Of a stretch of 64,000 nt of DNA, positions 7,889 to 18,400 are shown piece after piece. The DNA lies in assembly GCA_048270185.1 (NCBI GenBank), contig JBLWTJ010000001.1, forward strand, positions 768,001-832,000. The letters run 5' to 3'. Position numbers and translations under genes: made by a program. The first letter of the stretch is position 1; every line of letters begins with the position of its first letter. Below the pieces are notes generated by a model. That model was given only the letters and a program-made list of their open reading frames with translations, was not told the origin of the DNA and made no database searches. Origin of the DNA: Bacteriovoracaceae bacterium. GTDB taxonomy: Bacteria > Bdellovibrionota > Bacteriovoracia > Bacteriovoracales > Bacteriovoracaceae.

Positions 7889-8719
7889 CTGGAGGCATAT
7901 TTCAAAAAGATCTTAACCCTACTACTCTCCCTGTCGATTCACATAACCTATGCACAGGTAAATGAAATAGCCGTGCAGGAAGAAGAAAGTAGCATCATTG
8001 ACCTTTCAAATTTTAAATTACTTTACTTAAACTCTACTTATGGTGAAATGAATGCCAGTCAAAGAGATGGTATTTATATGGATCACTTAATGTACTTTCG
8101 TTACAACTTAACGAAAGATCAAAATATTCGTTGGGTTCCTGTCTATACTCAGATTTTTGGACAAGAAGGTGAAAAGAGTATTCAAGGTGATTACGCTTAC
8201 TCATCTTTTAGGTGGTATGTGAATAATATCCTGACGGAAAAAGATCATGGTGTGAGTCTTAATTTTCAAAATCGAAATTATATCTTTGATGGTGAAGATC
8301 GTGACAGTGGTTACGACAGTTATCACCGTGCGTACTTTCTATTCACAAAGAACACGACCAACTTCACTTTTGAGCTAAATACTTATGCGCAAATCTATAA
8401 TCGCAATGGACGTGATCCGAATACTAACACTTGGCGTACGATGCTTGGAACATTTGCATTCTACAACTTCAATGACAACTGGGGCCTAGGTCTTGGAAGT
8501 GAGTGGTATACCGATCACCGTGATGGAAAGAAAAGAATTGGTGATGATCGAATGGTACTTTATTTACCATACCTTCGATATGCTAAAGGCGATGGCTTTG
8601 TTGAACTCTATGCAACTTATACGGCCTGTAAATCAGGAGATGGAGATCATGCCATGATTATTGATGACTTCCATGAGAATGGAACGCTAACTCTTGATGT
8701 GGGTTACTATATCTTTTAA
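7889..8719 (+). CDS. Probable outer-membrane beta-barrel protein; start codon non-canonical or mutated
   Basis: Aromatic-rich alternating strands and C-terminal LDVGYYIF (terminal Phe). An in-frame signal peptide FKKILTLLLSLSIHITYA is encoded upstream of the track's GTG 7973; in-frame stop at 7871; start placed provisionally at CTG 7889. Confidence 0.6.
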   Translation: MEAYFKKILTLLLSLSIHITYAQVNEIAVQEEESSIIDLSNFKLLYLNSTYGEMNASQRDGIYMDHLMYFRYNLTKDQNIRWVPVYTQIFGQEGEKSIQGDYAYSSFRWYVNNILTEKDHGVSLNFQNRNYIFDGEDRDSGYDSYHRAYFLFTKNTTNFTFELNTYAQIYNRNGRDPNTNTWRTMLGTFAFYNFNDNWGLGLGSEWYTDHRDGKKRIGDDRMVLYLPYLRYAKGDGFVELYATYTACKSGDGDHAMIIDDFHENGTLTLDVGYYIF

Positions 8720-8988
8720 TTCTTAACACAATCTCAACTTTTCTATTGAAGAGGTCATTGTTAAATTTACTTTGACCTCTCCACTTCATTGCACGCAACA
8801 AAGTGATTAAGTTTAGAGAACACAACACACGGCGGGCCCCTGAACTCGCCGTGTTTCCATTAAACTTCAACTATTTAGCCTATTTCACCAAACTTACCAA
8901 ATAATATTTACATTAACACAATCCTAACTTTGCATATCGTATCGCCCTTGATACTTAGGCTGAATAATACATTTTTAGGGAGATTATT

Positions 8989-9459
8989 ATGAAGCTAATT
9001 CTAGCACTACTTATTTCTGTTGTTTCTTTTGCAAACACTTATGAACTTGAAAAAACAATTACTCCAGAATTCAATTCTGACTACCAAGTGATGAATACAA
9101 TTTCACTTAAGAATGTAACTCTCGTTGACGCTGATGTTTTCACAAGAACTGTTCTTTTTACAGCTGAGCTTAACGGTAAGTTGGAAAATTTCAAAGGAAC
9201 TCTTGTTGAGAGAATCAACACAACTGATGGTTCAGAGGAATTCGTAGTTAAGGGTAACCTACAAAGAGATCACTTCAGCGAAGGTTTCTGTGATTCATTT
9301 GAAACTTTCTCATATGACTTCGAAGCAACACTTACAATCGAAGTACCAACTCCAGTGAAATACTTTGCAGTTGATAAGCTACAATTAAACCACGAGTACT
9401 CATGGGATAATTGCCACAGCACAACTCAGTACAACACACTTAATTACTTCAAAAACTAA
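8989..9459 (+). CDS. Secreted hypothetical protein
   Basis: GGGAG RBS; signal peptide MKLILALLISVVSFA; one Cys pair. Confidence 0.75.
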   Translation: MKLILALLISVVSFANTYELEKTITPEFNSDYQVMNTISLKNVTLVDADVFTRTVLFTAELNGKLENFKGTLVERINTTDGSEEFVVKGNLQRDHFSEGFCDSFETFSYDFEATLTIEVPTPVKYFAVDKLQLNHEYSWDNCHSTTQYNTLNYFKN

Positions 9460-9492
9460 TTCAAATACCCACGGCAGACCTTGCGTCTGCCG

Positions 9493-9569
9493 GCGATGGG
9501 CGCAAGCCCTGGCCAAACGCGATGGGCGCAAGCCCTGACCAAACGCGATGGGCGAAGCCCTAGCCAATC
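9493..9569. repeat. Three tandem 25-26 bp hairpin repeats
   Basis: GCGATGGGCGCAAGCCCTGGCCAAAC / GCGATGGGCGCAAGCCCTGACCAAAC / GCGATGGGCGAAGCCCTAGCCAATC, preceded by hairpin CGGCAGAC-CTTGC-GTCTGCCG (9472-9492). Confidence 0.85.
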
Positions 9570-9589
9570 AAAAAATTTCGAAATGTATG

Positions 9590-9698
9590 CTGATTATTCA
9601 AAGTTTGCTGTGGATGCTGATGCAAGACGAGGGAAGGTGTAGTCTGCTACACCGACCGAAGTCAAGCGCAGCAGACGCAGTGAAATCTGAATAATCAG
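9590..9698. repeat. Palindromic MITE-like element with 11-bp terminal inverted repeats
   Basis: CTGATTATTCA (9590-9600) and TGAATAATCAG (9688-9698), with central hairpin GGTGTAG-TCTG-CTACACC. Right end overlaps the ffh stop codon. Confidence 0.6.
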
Positions 9699-11134
9699 AA
9701 GAAGCCACCGCCCCAAGGTCCGCCCTTCTTGCGTGGCTTTTTCTTCTTTCCGCCACCAAGACCAGGCATACCACCCATTCCCGGCATACCAGGCATCCCT
9801 GGCATCCCTGGCATTCCACCACCTTTCATCATTTTTGAAAGGCCACCCATCATCTGCTCCATCTGCTTAAATTTAGCGATGAAGTCACGAACTTGGGCTT
9901 CAGTATTTCCAGACCCACGAGCGATACGCTTGATGTGAGAGTCTTTCATAATTTTATAATCTTCTCTTTCTTTCTTAGTCATTGAATTGATGATAACGCG
10001 CATACGTGCCATCTCAGCTTCTGCAGGAGAAAGATCCCCTACTTGCTTGAGAAGTCCACCCATTCCAGGAATCATTTTCATAATTGATCCCATTGAACCA
10101 AGATTCTTCATCATATCCATTTGCTTCATGAAATCGTTAACTGAAAATTTTCCTTTCTCTAAGCGCTTCATCATGCCTTCCGCATCATCTTTATCGATAG
10201 CAGCTTCGGCCTTTTCAACAAGAGTTAGAACGTCACCCATATCAAGAATACGTCCAGCAAGACGATCTGGGTGAAAGAGCTCAAGGTCCTTCATCTTCTC
10301 ACCAATTGAGATGAATTTAATAGGAACACTTGTTACATGCTTAATTGATAGAGCGGCACCACCACGAGCATCCGAGTCCATCTTTGAAAGAACAACACCA
10401 GTCAGTCCCACTGTCTCATGGAAGCTCTTTGCGACATTAACAGCCTCTTGCCCAGTCATGGCGTCAGCTACCATTAGAACTTCAGGGTTAAGCCCCTCAA
10501 GACTTTGGCGTACTTCTTTGATCTGCCCCATTAGTTCTTCATCAACGTGAAGACGTCCGGCCGTATCGATAATAACAACGTCTTTTCCATGCTCTTTTGC
10601 ATAGGCCATGGCCTCTGCAGCAATATCTTTCGGATGCTTTCCTAAATCAGAATCAAACCAATCCATATTCATTGATTTTGCAAGAGTGATTAACTGATCC
10701 TTTGCGGCTGGCCTAAAGGTATCAGCAGGAACAAGTAGAACATTCTTCTTTTCTTTCTTTGTTAGATAAAGTGAAAGCTTTCCAGAGAAAGTCGTCTTAC
10801 CTTGACCGTTAAGACCGACAATAAGAATTGGAGTAACGCCACCTTCTACAAAGTTAAGCTCAGTATTCTTATCTCCCATTGTCTTTGCAAGTTCATCATG
10901 AACGATCTTAATGAATTGCTCTTCTGGGTTAACACCTTTGATGACTTTTTCACCAAGTGCTTCTTCTTTTACGTTATTGATAAAATTCTTAACAACTTTA
11001 AAATTAACATCTGCCTCTAGAAGTGCTGTCTTAACAAGTTTTAGAGTTTCTTCAATATTACTTTCAGTAATTTTTCCCTTACCAGAAATATTCTTAAACG
11101 CTTGTGAGAACTTATCACTTAAATTATCAAACAT
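9695..11134 (-). CDS. ffh: Signal recognition particle protein Ffh
   Basis: ALLEADV, GLNGQGKTT, DTFRPAA, DTAGR, DARGGAALS, FHPDRLAGRILDMGD; Met-rich M domain. Confidence 0.98.
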   Translation of the reverse strand: MFDNLSDKFSQAFKNISGKGKITESNIEETLKLVKTALLEADVNFKVVKNFINNVKEEALGEKVIKGVNPEEQFIKIVHDELAKTMGDKNTELNFVEGGVTPILIVGLNGQGKTTFSGKLSLYLTKKEKKNVLLVPADTFRPAAKDQLITLAKSMNMDWFDSDLGKHPKDIAAEAMAYAKEHGKDVVIIDTAGRLHVDEELMGQIKEVRQSLEGLNPEVLMVADAMTGQEAVNVAKSFHETVGLTGVVLSKMDSDARGGAALSIKHVTSVPIKFISIGEKMKDLELFHPDRLAGRILDMGDVLTLVEKAEAAIDKDDAEGMMKRLEKGKFSVNDFMKQMDMMKNLGSMGSIMKMIPGMGGLLKQVGDLSPAEAEMARMRVIINSMTKKEREDYKIMKDSHIKRIARGSGNTEAQVRDFIAKFKQMEQMMGGLSKMMKGGGMPGMPGMPGMPGMGGMPGLGGGKKKKPRKKGGPWGGGFF

Positions 11135-11151
11135 TGTTCTTCCCTTATTTT

Positions 11152-11823
11152 TTACTTTTGTATTTTATTTAAAATTATTTCTAAACATTCACTTGGGTGG
11201 CTTGCCCAGTAATCAGCGCTATGCTCACCAAAGCCTTCCTTTGTAATACCACTCTCCCAAAGGGCCCCGATGCTTTCAATACCAAAAGAGCGTGCCCCAC
11301 GAGTATCAGTAAAGCTATCTCCAATCATAATGATTTTATCTTTAGGAGTCCCCTCTAACATTTCTAAAAGCCCCTGCGGGTGTGGCTTTGGAGTTGTGTC
11401 ATCAAGACAACGAAGTTCCAGAAAGTGTTGAAGCACATTTTGATCATCTAATATCTTAAGCGTTGATCTGCGATCACGGGCAGTCCAAACATAAAGCTGA
11501 AACTCGTGATTTAATAGATCGAGAATGAGTTTCTTCATTCCATCAAAGAGACGATAATTATTACTTTGTCGGGCCGTTACTTCCTTCCAAGTATTCATAA
11601 GCTTCATACGCTGAAGTTCTGAGTTTACTGGATCAAGACCAAATTGATTGGCCGTATAGACAAGATCTGGCCCATACTTATCCCGTGCTTCTTCCACCGT
11701 GACTTCACGGTTTAAAATGATGCTCATCATCTCGGCAACAGCGTGGATGACGGCCTCTTTAGAAGAAACTAAAGTACCATCGCAATCAAAAACAATATAT
11801 CCTCTTGGATTTTCAAAAAACAT
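11152..11823 (-). CDS. HAD family hydrolase (phosphoglycolate phosphatase-like)
   Basis: FDCDGTL (motif I), KPHP, MIGDSFTD. Confidence 0.88.
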   Translation of the reverse strand: MFFENPRGYIVFDCDGTLVSSKEAVIHAVAEMMSIILNREVTVEEARDKYGPDLVYTANQFGLDPVNSELQRMKLMNTWKEVTARQSNNYRLFDGMKKLILDLLNHEFQLYVWTARDRRSTLKILDDQNVLQHFLELRCLDDTTPKPHPQGLLEMLEGTPKDKIIMIGDSFTDTRGARSFGIESIGALWESGITKEGFGEHSADYWASHPSECLEIILNKIQK

Positions 11824-11887
11824 TAGTAATTATTTCCAAATTATTGAAAAATGTTGACCTAATTTTAACTACTTGCTAAATAAGCGC

Positions 11888-12973
11888 ATGGCCAATAATC
11901 GCACTTTTTCACCATCTCTTCAAGCTAAGATTGACACTCTAATGGCACGTCGCCCAAAGGTCAAACTTGGTAATATTTCATTTGATTCACCACTTCTACT
12001 TGCTCCAATGAGTAGTATTTGTACGGCTCCATACCGTTTATTGATGGAAGAGCTAGGTGCCGGTGGAACAGTCAGTGAGCTCGTTTCATGCCACGGGATC
12101 AATTACAAGAATGAGAAGACTGTTAAGATGCTTGAAATTCACCCTCGTGAAAAGAATATTGGATTACAATTATTCGGAGAGGATGGGACGGCAATGGCCG
12201 AAGCAGCAAAAGTCGCCCAAGAAAGAGAGCCTAAATTCATTGATATCAATATGGGCTGCCCGGTTCGTAAAGTTGTGACAAAAGGTGGAGGATCGGCCCT
12301 CCTAAAAGATACTTCAAAACTTGGAAAGTTCTTTAATCAAATGAAGAATGCAATTGAGGTTCCTCTTACAATCAAGATTAGAACAGGATGGGATGAGAAT
12401 TCAATTAATGCCCAAGAAGTCATTCATATCGCCAAAGAAGAAGGTGTTGAGTTTGTTGCCATTCACGGCCGAACACGTACACAGGCATATAAAGGGCTTG
12501 CTAATTGGGATCTCTTAGAAAGTATCGCAGAAGTAAGTCCTCTACCAATTATAGGAAATGGTGATCTACACTCGGCCTTTATGACAAAGCAGCGACTGAT
12601 GGCCACTCGTTGCCAGGCCCTCATGCTTGGTCGCGGGCCTTTAAGAAATCCATTTATCTTCTTAGAAAGTTTTATGACTGATGAAGATGATTTTCAATTT
12701 ACTCCACTAGATCATCTTGAAGTGATCGAGCGCTTCCGCGAATATATGGAAGAATATACTGACCGAGATCGTACAGTTCTAATTACACTTAGAAAGAATA
12801 TTGTCTGGATGGCAGCAGGTTTCCCTAATGTGACTCACTTTAGAAATGTCATGTTCCAAACGCCAGATCTTGAAGAGACAATGAAGGTAACTCGTGAATA
12901 TTTCGATGCCATAAAAGATTGTCACAAGAAAATTGACCATACGCAGGCGTTTATGGCCGGCGGACACGGCTAA
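11888..12973 (+). CDS. dusB: tRNA-dihydrouridine synthase (DusB-like)
   Basis: LLLAPM, IDINMGCP, KIRTGWD, IHGRTR, IGNGD motifs. Confidence 0.9.
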   Translation: MANNRTFSPSLQAKIDTLMARRPKVKLGNISFDSPLLLAPMSSICTAPYRLLMEELGAGGTVSELVSCHGINYKNEKTVKMLEIHPREKNIGLQLFGEDGTAMAEAAKVAQEREPKFIDINMGCPVRKVVTKGGGSALLKDTSKLGKFFNQMKNAIEVPLTIKIRTGWDENSINAQEVIHIAKEEGVEFVAIHGRTRTQAYKGLANWDLLESIAEVSPLPIIGNGDLHSAFMTKQRLMATRCQALMLGRGPLRNPFIFLESFMTDEDDFQFTPLDHLEVIERFREYMEEYTDRDRTVLITLRKNIVWMAAGFPNVTHFRNVMFQTPDLEETMKVTREYFDAIKDCHKKIDHTQAFMAGGHG

Positions 12974-12996
12974 GTTCCCGATAAGCCGTAAATAAC

Positions 12997-13024
12997 TAAA
13001 GTTTTCTTAATTAATTGACGAAAA
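12997..13024 (+). promoter_or_regulatory. Putative sigma-28 (FliA) promoter
   Basis: TAAAGTTT-N12-GACGAAAA versus consensus TAAAGTTT-N11-GCCGATAA. Confidence 0.45.
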
Positions 13025-13068
13025 GCTCTACTAGGAGATGAGGTTTATTCATTAAACTCTATTTAGTA

Positions 13069-15294
13069 ATGAGCAAAAGATTTATTTGTCATATTTTTCA
13101 AATATTTATCGTGAGTACCTTCACGCTTCAATCGACATTTGCCAATACTTGCTCTCAATATGAAGCCGAAATCAGCAAAATTCACCAACAACAAGATGAA
13201 ATGCAATTAACCAGTAACGGAAAAAGCAAATCTTTCAGTGATCTAAAGAAGCAAAGAGATGCGGCGATGGCCAACCTTCTTGCTCTTCGCTCTCTACGAA
13301 AAGTTCGAGATGAATATACTCAATACAAAAAAGATTCAATGCAAGTTGATATAGCATCTCTTCTGGATGACAAATCAAAAGCTGCTATTGAAAAAATTGA
13401 AAATTACACACAAGCAATCGCTAAATACGGCGTACTACACCCTATTGTCGATAAGTTAGCACAGATTAAAACGGATGATATCGACACAGTTAAAGATAAG
13501 AATTTTGTTGTAAGAGTTATGATGTATTTAAAAGAAGGACACGGTCGAAGCCTCTATGGCTACATCAGAACTAAGTGTAACGGTTTAAGCGCATCAATTG
13601 AAGACATCGAAGATATTTGCCATAATTTTAAAAGCTTTACTAAGAATTTTAGTCAAGATGATAAGTACCAGGACTCCATTAAAGCAACGATTAATAACTA
13701 CGGTGAGCTTTTAGAACAAATGTATCTTGGCGACATCGATAAAGAAGAGTTTGAAGAGCGCTTGGGAGATCATATTGAGGCCCTTTACGATAACAGTGTT
13801 AAAATTGAGCTTCAAAAACAAGGCGACACATACACAATGGTAAGAAATGAATCAAAGCAATCATTTCCAATGCTAACGAGTAATACTGATAATTCTTCTG
13901 CTTTTAAAAATATTTTTGAAGATGACTTCCTAAGAATTAAAGATGAGACTCCATCACTTGAAAATTATGATGAAAGTGAATCAGCAGCACTTAACGAAGC
14001 CTCTCAAAAGTTAAAGTCAAATATTAATGAAGAAAATGAAGCTGCACTTAGTGCCTATAATGACATTAGAAAAAATCTATCAAAATTAAAAGATTGTCGC
14101 GGTAAAATCTCAACCTGCTCATTTAATAATGAAACGGCAAAAGACTTAGTATCAAGTATCAATAAGCTAAATGCTAGAATTGGATACGGGAGTGACAGTG
14201 ACAAGATTAGTACAATAACGATCACAAATGATGATAAAGATAAGATTAGAGAAAGAGTTCAAGAGTTACTGGCAAGTCCACTAGATGACATTAAAACTCT
14301 CAACTTAACATCTGGTAATAAGCTCGATTACAAAGATATTATTACTAAGTATCTAAATGAGTTTTGTAAGGAATCAACAGTTAAGTCAATAGCACTAGAT
14401 AGTGGTGAGATTAAAGATGATCCTTTATATCGATGTATTGAAAGTGAATTAAATGACGATGCACTTAATCAGAAAATTGCTGAAGCAGAGAATCAGTTAA
14501 AGAATCAAGAAAGTTTAATAGCAAAGTTATTTAACAACAAAGCAATGAAAGAACTTGAAGTCGTCAAGGCCATTGTCTTAAAAACTTACGATAACTACTG
14601 TAAAGGATATCAATTAAAAGAAATTAGCTGTCTACCACCAGTCAATGGGGAGGACAGTAATTTAAAGGCATTGGTCAAGGTTCAAGAAGGTGCAAAGGAT
14701 ATTCTACTAACAGAAGATTATTCTCGCTACTACTACGGCGGATCTGATACTGATGATGAAAGACAATCTCAAGCCTATCTCAATGCTTACTGTCCAGAGA
14801 CTAGAACAAAAGTTTGTGGCGGGAAAGTTGTTGAAGTCGAAGTTGAAGAAGGTCAAGAAGAAGCAAGCAAGGACAAATTCCCAAATGCTTGTAACCTACT
14901 CCATAATAGAATGTGTAACCAAAAGACTTCTAAACTATACGAGAAAGCCGTTAAACTAAAAAAGAAAGAGTATTATGACTGGGATCCAATATCTGAGAGA
15001 ATGGTCAAAAAAAGACATGCTAAGGACTTTTGGCCTGAAGTTGCAATGTATGCAGCACAAAACTCTTACCGCTTTATGGGCCCAATGATAGCGACACAGA
15101 GCTTAAGAGGGCAAATACCTGGCCAAATCTATGCAGGACAGGCAAACGAGCAACGTATGGCCTATCAAGAACAATACTATGATTGGTATATGGAAAACTT
15201 AGATCTTTCGAATTCAAATATGTTTAATACATATTATGGTAGTCCTTTTTACTCAGGATCTTCATATACAAATAACTTTGGATACGCCTTCTAA
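13069..15294 (+). CDS. Large secreted hypothetical protein (helical/coiled-coil, Cys pairs, Tyr-rich C-terminus)
   Basis: Signal peptide ending TFA; heptad-like stretches; no recognised family. Confidence 0.8.
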   Translation: MSKRFICHIFQIFIVSTFTLQSTFANTCSQYEAEISKIHQQQDEMQLTSNGKSKSFSDLKKQRDAAMANLLALRSLRKVRDEYTQYKKDSMQVDIASLLDDKSKAAIEKIENYTQAIAKYGVLHPIVDKLAQIKTDDIDTVKDKNFVVRVMMYLKEGHGRSLYGYIRTKCNGLSASIEDIEDICHNFKSFTKNFSQDDKYQDSIKATINNYGELLEQMYLGDIDKEEFEERLGDHIEALYDNSVKIELQKQGDTYTMVRNESKQSFPMLTSNTDNSSAFKNIFEDDFLRIKDETPSLENYDESESAALNEASQKLKSNINEENEAALSAYNDIRKNLSKLKDCRGKISTCSFNNETAKDLVSSINKLNARIGYGSDSDKISTITITNDDKDKIRERVQELLASPLDDIKTLNLTSGNKLDYKDIITKYLNEFCKESTVKSIALDSGEIKDDPLYRCIESELNDDALNQKIAEAENQLKNQESLIAKLFNNKAMKELEVVKAIVLKTYDNYCKGYQLKEISCLPPVNGEDSNLKALVKVQEGAKDILLTEDYSRYYYGGSDTDDERQSQAYLNAYCPETRTKVCGGKVVEVEVEEGQEEASKDKFPNACNLLHNRMCNQKTSKLYEKAVKLKKKEYYDWDPISERMVKKRHAKDFWPEVAMYAAQNSYRFMGPMIATQSLRGQIPGQIYAGQANEQRMAYQEQYYDWYMENLDLSNSNMFNTYYGSPFYSGSSYTNNFGYAF

Positions 15295-15422
15295 AAACCA
15301 CAAATTATTGCCGATCACAGTTTGGTCACTAAAGTACTTCCCCATGAAATTACTTTAAATTTCAATATGTTAACCCATATTAGGTATTTCTTACCTTTCT
15401 TTTAATATCAACAGGTTATTAT

Positions 15423-15449
15423 TAAGTTAAGGGCGAAATCTCACGATTA
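15423..15449 (+). promoter_or_regulatory. Weak sigma-28-like promoter
   Basis: TAAG-N15-CACGATTA upstream of the giant lipoprotein gene. Confidence 0.3.
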
Positions 15450-15475
15450 GGATATGGGTAGGACATTATAAACTA

Positions 15476-18400
15476 ATGAAATTTAAGACAACACTAATCA
15501 CATTCGCATCTTTAATTCTGCTTCTAACTTCATGTATGCAAGCAGCGAATAATCGTAAAAGCGCAAACTCAAATGAAGAGGAACAAGAGTCTTCAGGATT
15601 AATCCTGGATAACCCTACTGCCGCCTCTTGGTATGCAAAAGGTCAATATGTTGAAGGACCACTAACACTAAGTTCAAGTGATACAGAAAATATCTATCTT
15701 GTCGGTGGTGTCGTTAATAATTATCTAGTTGACCAACAAAAAACTAATCAACCATTTTGTCTAATTGCTTCAATAAATAATCTAACGGACCCTATTAACA
15801 AAAGGCCACAAGCAAGGTTCAAAGTTGTTCCAGTTAAGTCGAGCCAGACTCAAGAGACGAGCTTTAGAATAAATCTATCGAATGAAATTGATAACAAAGC
15901 TTTCTGTAGTGGAGATAATATTCAATCCTATGATGGAGCAGGAAATCTTCAAACTTATAGTGCAAATCAAGCGGCTTACAGCCTAAGTACAATTTGTCCA
16001 ACTTGTAACTCAAGTTTTACGACGACGAAATTAAGAATTCATCATTCATCAAATGGTGTAGCAACTAACAATATCATTCCATCAAGCTCAATTAGCTTAA
16101 ATAGCCTATCAATTACAATTAGTGCCACAAGCACTGTCACAGACCCTACTGGTAGCTGTACAAATACTTCTTGTCAGTCACAGGGATATGGTTGTTGCCT
16201 TAATGGTCAATGTGTAATTGACGGAGAAGTAAGACCAGAAACCGATCAGACTAGCTCAGAATATCAGACGGCTCTTGCTGAAATTTTGAATGATGAAAAT
16301 AGTTTTCAAAATTATCCAAATCTATTCTTCGTCTGCCCAATTCACGTTCAACCAGATGATGGCGACGATGATAATACAACTGATCCAATTGATGAAGCAA
16401 ACCAATCTTTACTTAAAGATATCGAAGACTACAAATGCCTACTCGGACAAACAGATCACTGTGATCCAGATGTCGATTCTGTACGTGTAAAAGTATGGCA
16501 GAAATGTGGATGTCAATTTGAGCCAACATATGTAGCAGGAGAATTACAACTTGATTCACGTTGTATTGATTATGGTTTAAAAGCAACAAAAGATGCTAAT
16601 GACAATATTACAAATATTACTTGTGATATTCCCGTAGCAGAAAATGAAGATCAACCTTTCCAGAACCTATCAGTATTAGTTTCAGGAAAGAGTGCCCCAC
16701 ATCGATTCTACTCTCTTTCAGGTACTCCATATGACGATCTATCAGAGATCCCAGAAGGTACTAATCAAGAAGGAGATACATTCTTCTACTTGGATGCAGC
16801 TAATAAAGCGGGCCCTGTTGAATCAACTTATAGTATGAATTCAATTATTGGCCAGATGACGCTAGATCTACAGCAGGCACAACCGGCCAAGGCCATTGAT
16901 ATTGAAGTTGATAATGTCTATATCATCTCAGTAACATCTGGTTATGCAACTCCATGCCCATATTGTCAGCAAGATGCTTGGCAGAAAGTATTTAGTTCTC
17001 ACCCTGAGTCTAACCGAGGTTATGGTCTTACTTGGCGTGGTTACACTACAGATCGTCAAGCAATTGGAAGTAATACAACGTATGGTAACTACGAAGATAC
17101 TATCTTTGGCCGTGCATGTTGGGTTCCTCCTACAATGATCCCTAATGCTCACAAGTCATATCCAAGTGCAGGTGTACAAAGAAGAAATCGTCTTGAGGCC
17201 CAAGCGGCAATGTATGTTAACGGTTATCAAAGAGATTGGTTTGGATTTAATCAAGGTGCTCTTATTGGGTCATTTGATGGAACATCATGGTTTGCCATAG
17301 GTGCTGGAAGAAGAGTGCGTTCAACTACACAAAAGCTATTCTTAGCAATCAACGCTCCTTTTGCCGATCTTTCACAAAATACAAATTACACGGTTTCAGT
17401 TATCGAAGACCTCGGTGGTCAAACAGCCGCTGACTTTGAGTGGGACTTTACAAAAACGGCATCTGATATTACCCAAAACTACGGTGCCAGTTGTCAGTAT
17501 ATGCACTCGTGTGAAACAGATAGCGATTGTGTCTCAAAATTAGGGTGGGAATATACTTGTGGCCAAGTTACAGATATGAGAACTAATTGGCCAAAGTATG
17601 ATATTGAAGCATTCGAGAAGAATAACTATACCAGAGAAGCAGTATCTCTTTCTTCAATTCTAGCAACAAATATTAGTGGTGGCCAAAATAAGCGTTGTGT
17701 TTACCGTGGTGCAGGTGCCCCTTGTAAGCTTAATCCTAACGATAATGTAAAAAAACAATCACAACAAAAGCTTCTAACTTGTGCGCCAAACTTTTATTGT
17801 GCGGCACTTGATTCAGGCAATTTTACAAAAGAGCTAATTCGCTCACCAAATGAACCATCAGGTATACTCTTTGGACAAGCAGCGAATGTTCTAGGTCGAC
17901 CGGCCCAATACATGGATCGTACTTCAAGCCTTCCTATATCTGTGCAAGAAGCTATTGCTACTAACCTATCAGCTTATGCTGCCACAGGAACTTACGGTGC
18001 AGGAGATGTTGGACTTTGTGTTCCTGGTCGTTCTGTAAATGCAACACAAGCAAGCAATACAGATGACGAACAATCTGGAATCGACGCCTTTGTTTCGCGA
18101 CATCAGACAAGAGATCCACTTGAGCGTACAGACTATATTTCTCAAATCGGTATTTGTGATGAAACGCTTTCAGGTATTAATCAAACAAGATCTTGTCCAG
18201 TTTTCGACGATGAAGGAAACTACTTCTATAGTGAGAACTCAGATATCAATATACCGTCAGTGCTACAAAATATGTGTAGTCGTGCCTCAGTTGATGACAG
18301 CACAAATCTATCTGTTTTTAAAACAATTGAGGCCCCAAGACTAAGTGAAGTTCTTCAACTTCATACAGAATCTCTTGCGGCCAATGCTTGTTTAAGAAGA

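Noticed and set aside
8827..8854. Hairpin ACACGGCG...CGCCGTGT in the 8720-8988 gap
   Set aside because: Isolated, with a weak U-tract and no promoter or family signature; function cannot be assigned.
9493..9569. Possible mini-CRISPR array
   Set aside because: Units are directly tandem with no unique spacers, and there are no cas genes in the window.
9590..9698. Possible SRP (4.5S) RNA next to ffh
   Set aside because: The conserved domain IV motif (CAGG...GGAA...AGCAG stem-loop arrangement) was not found in proper form on either strand.
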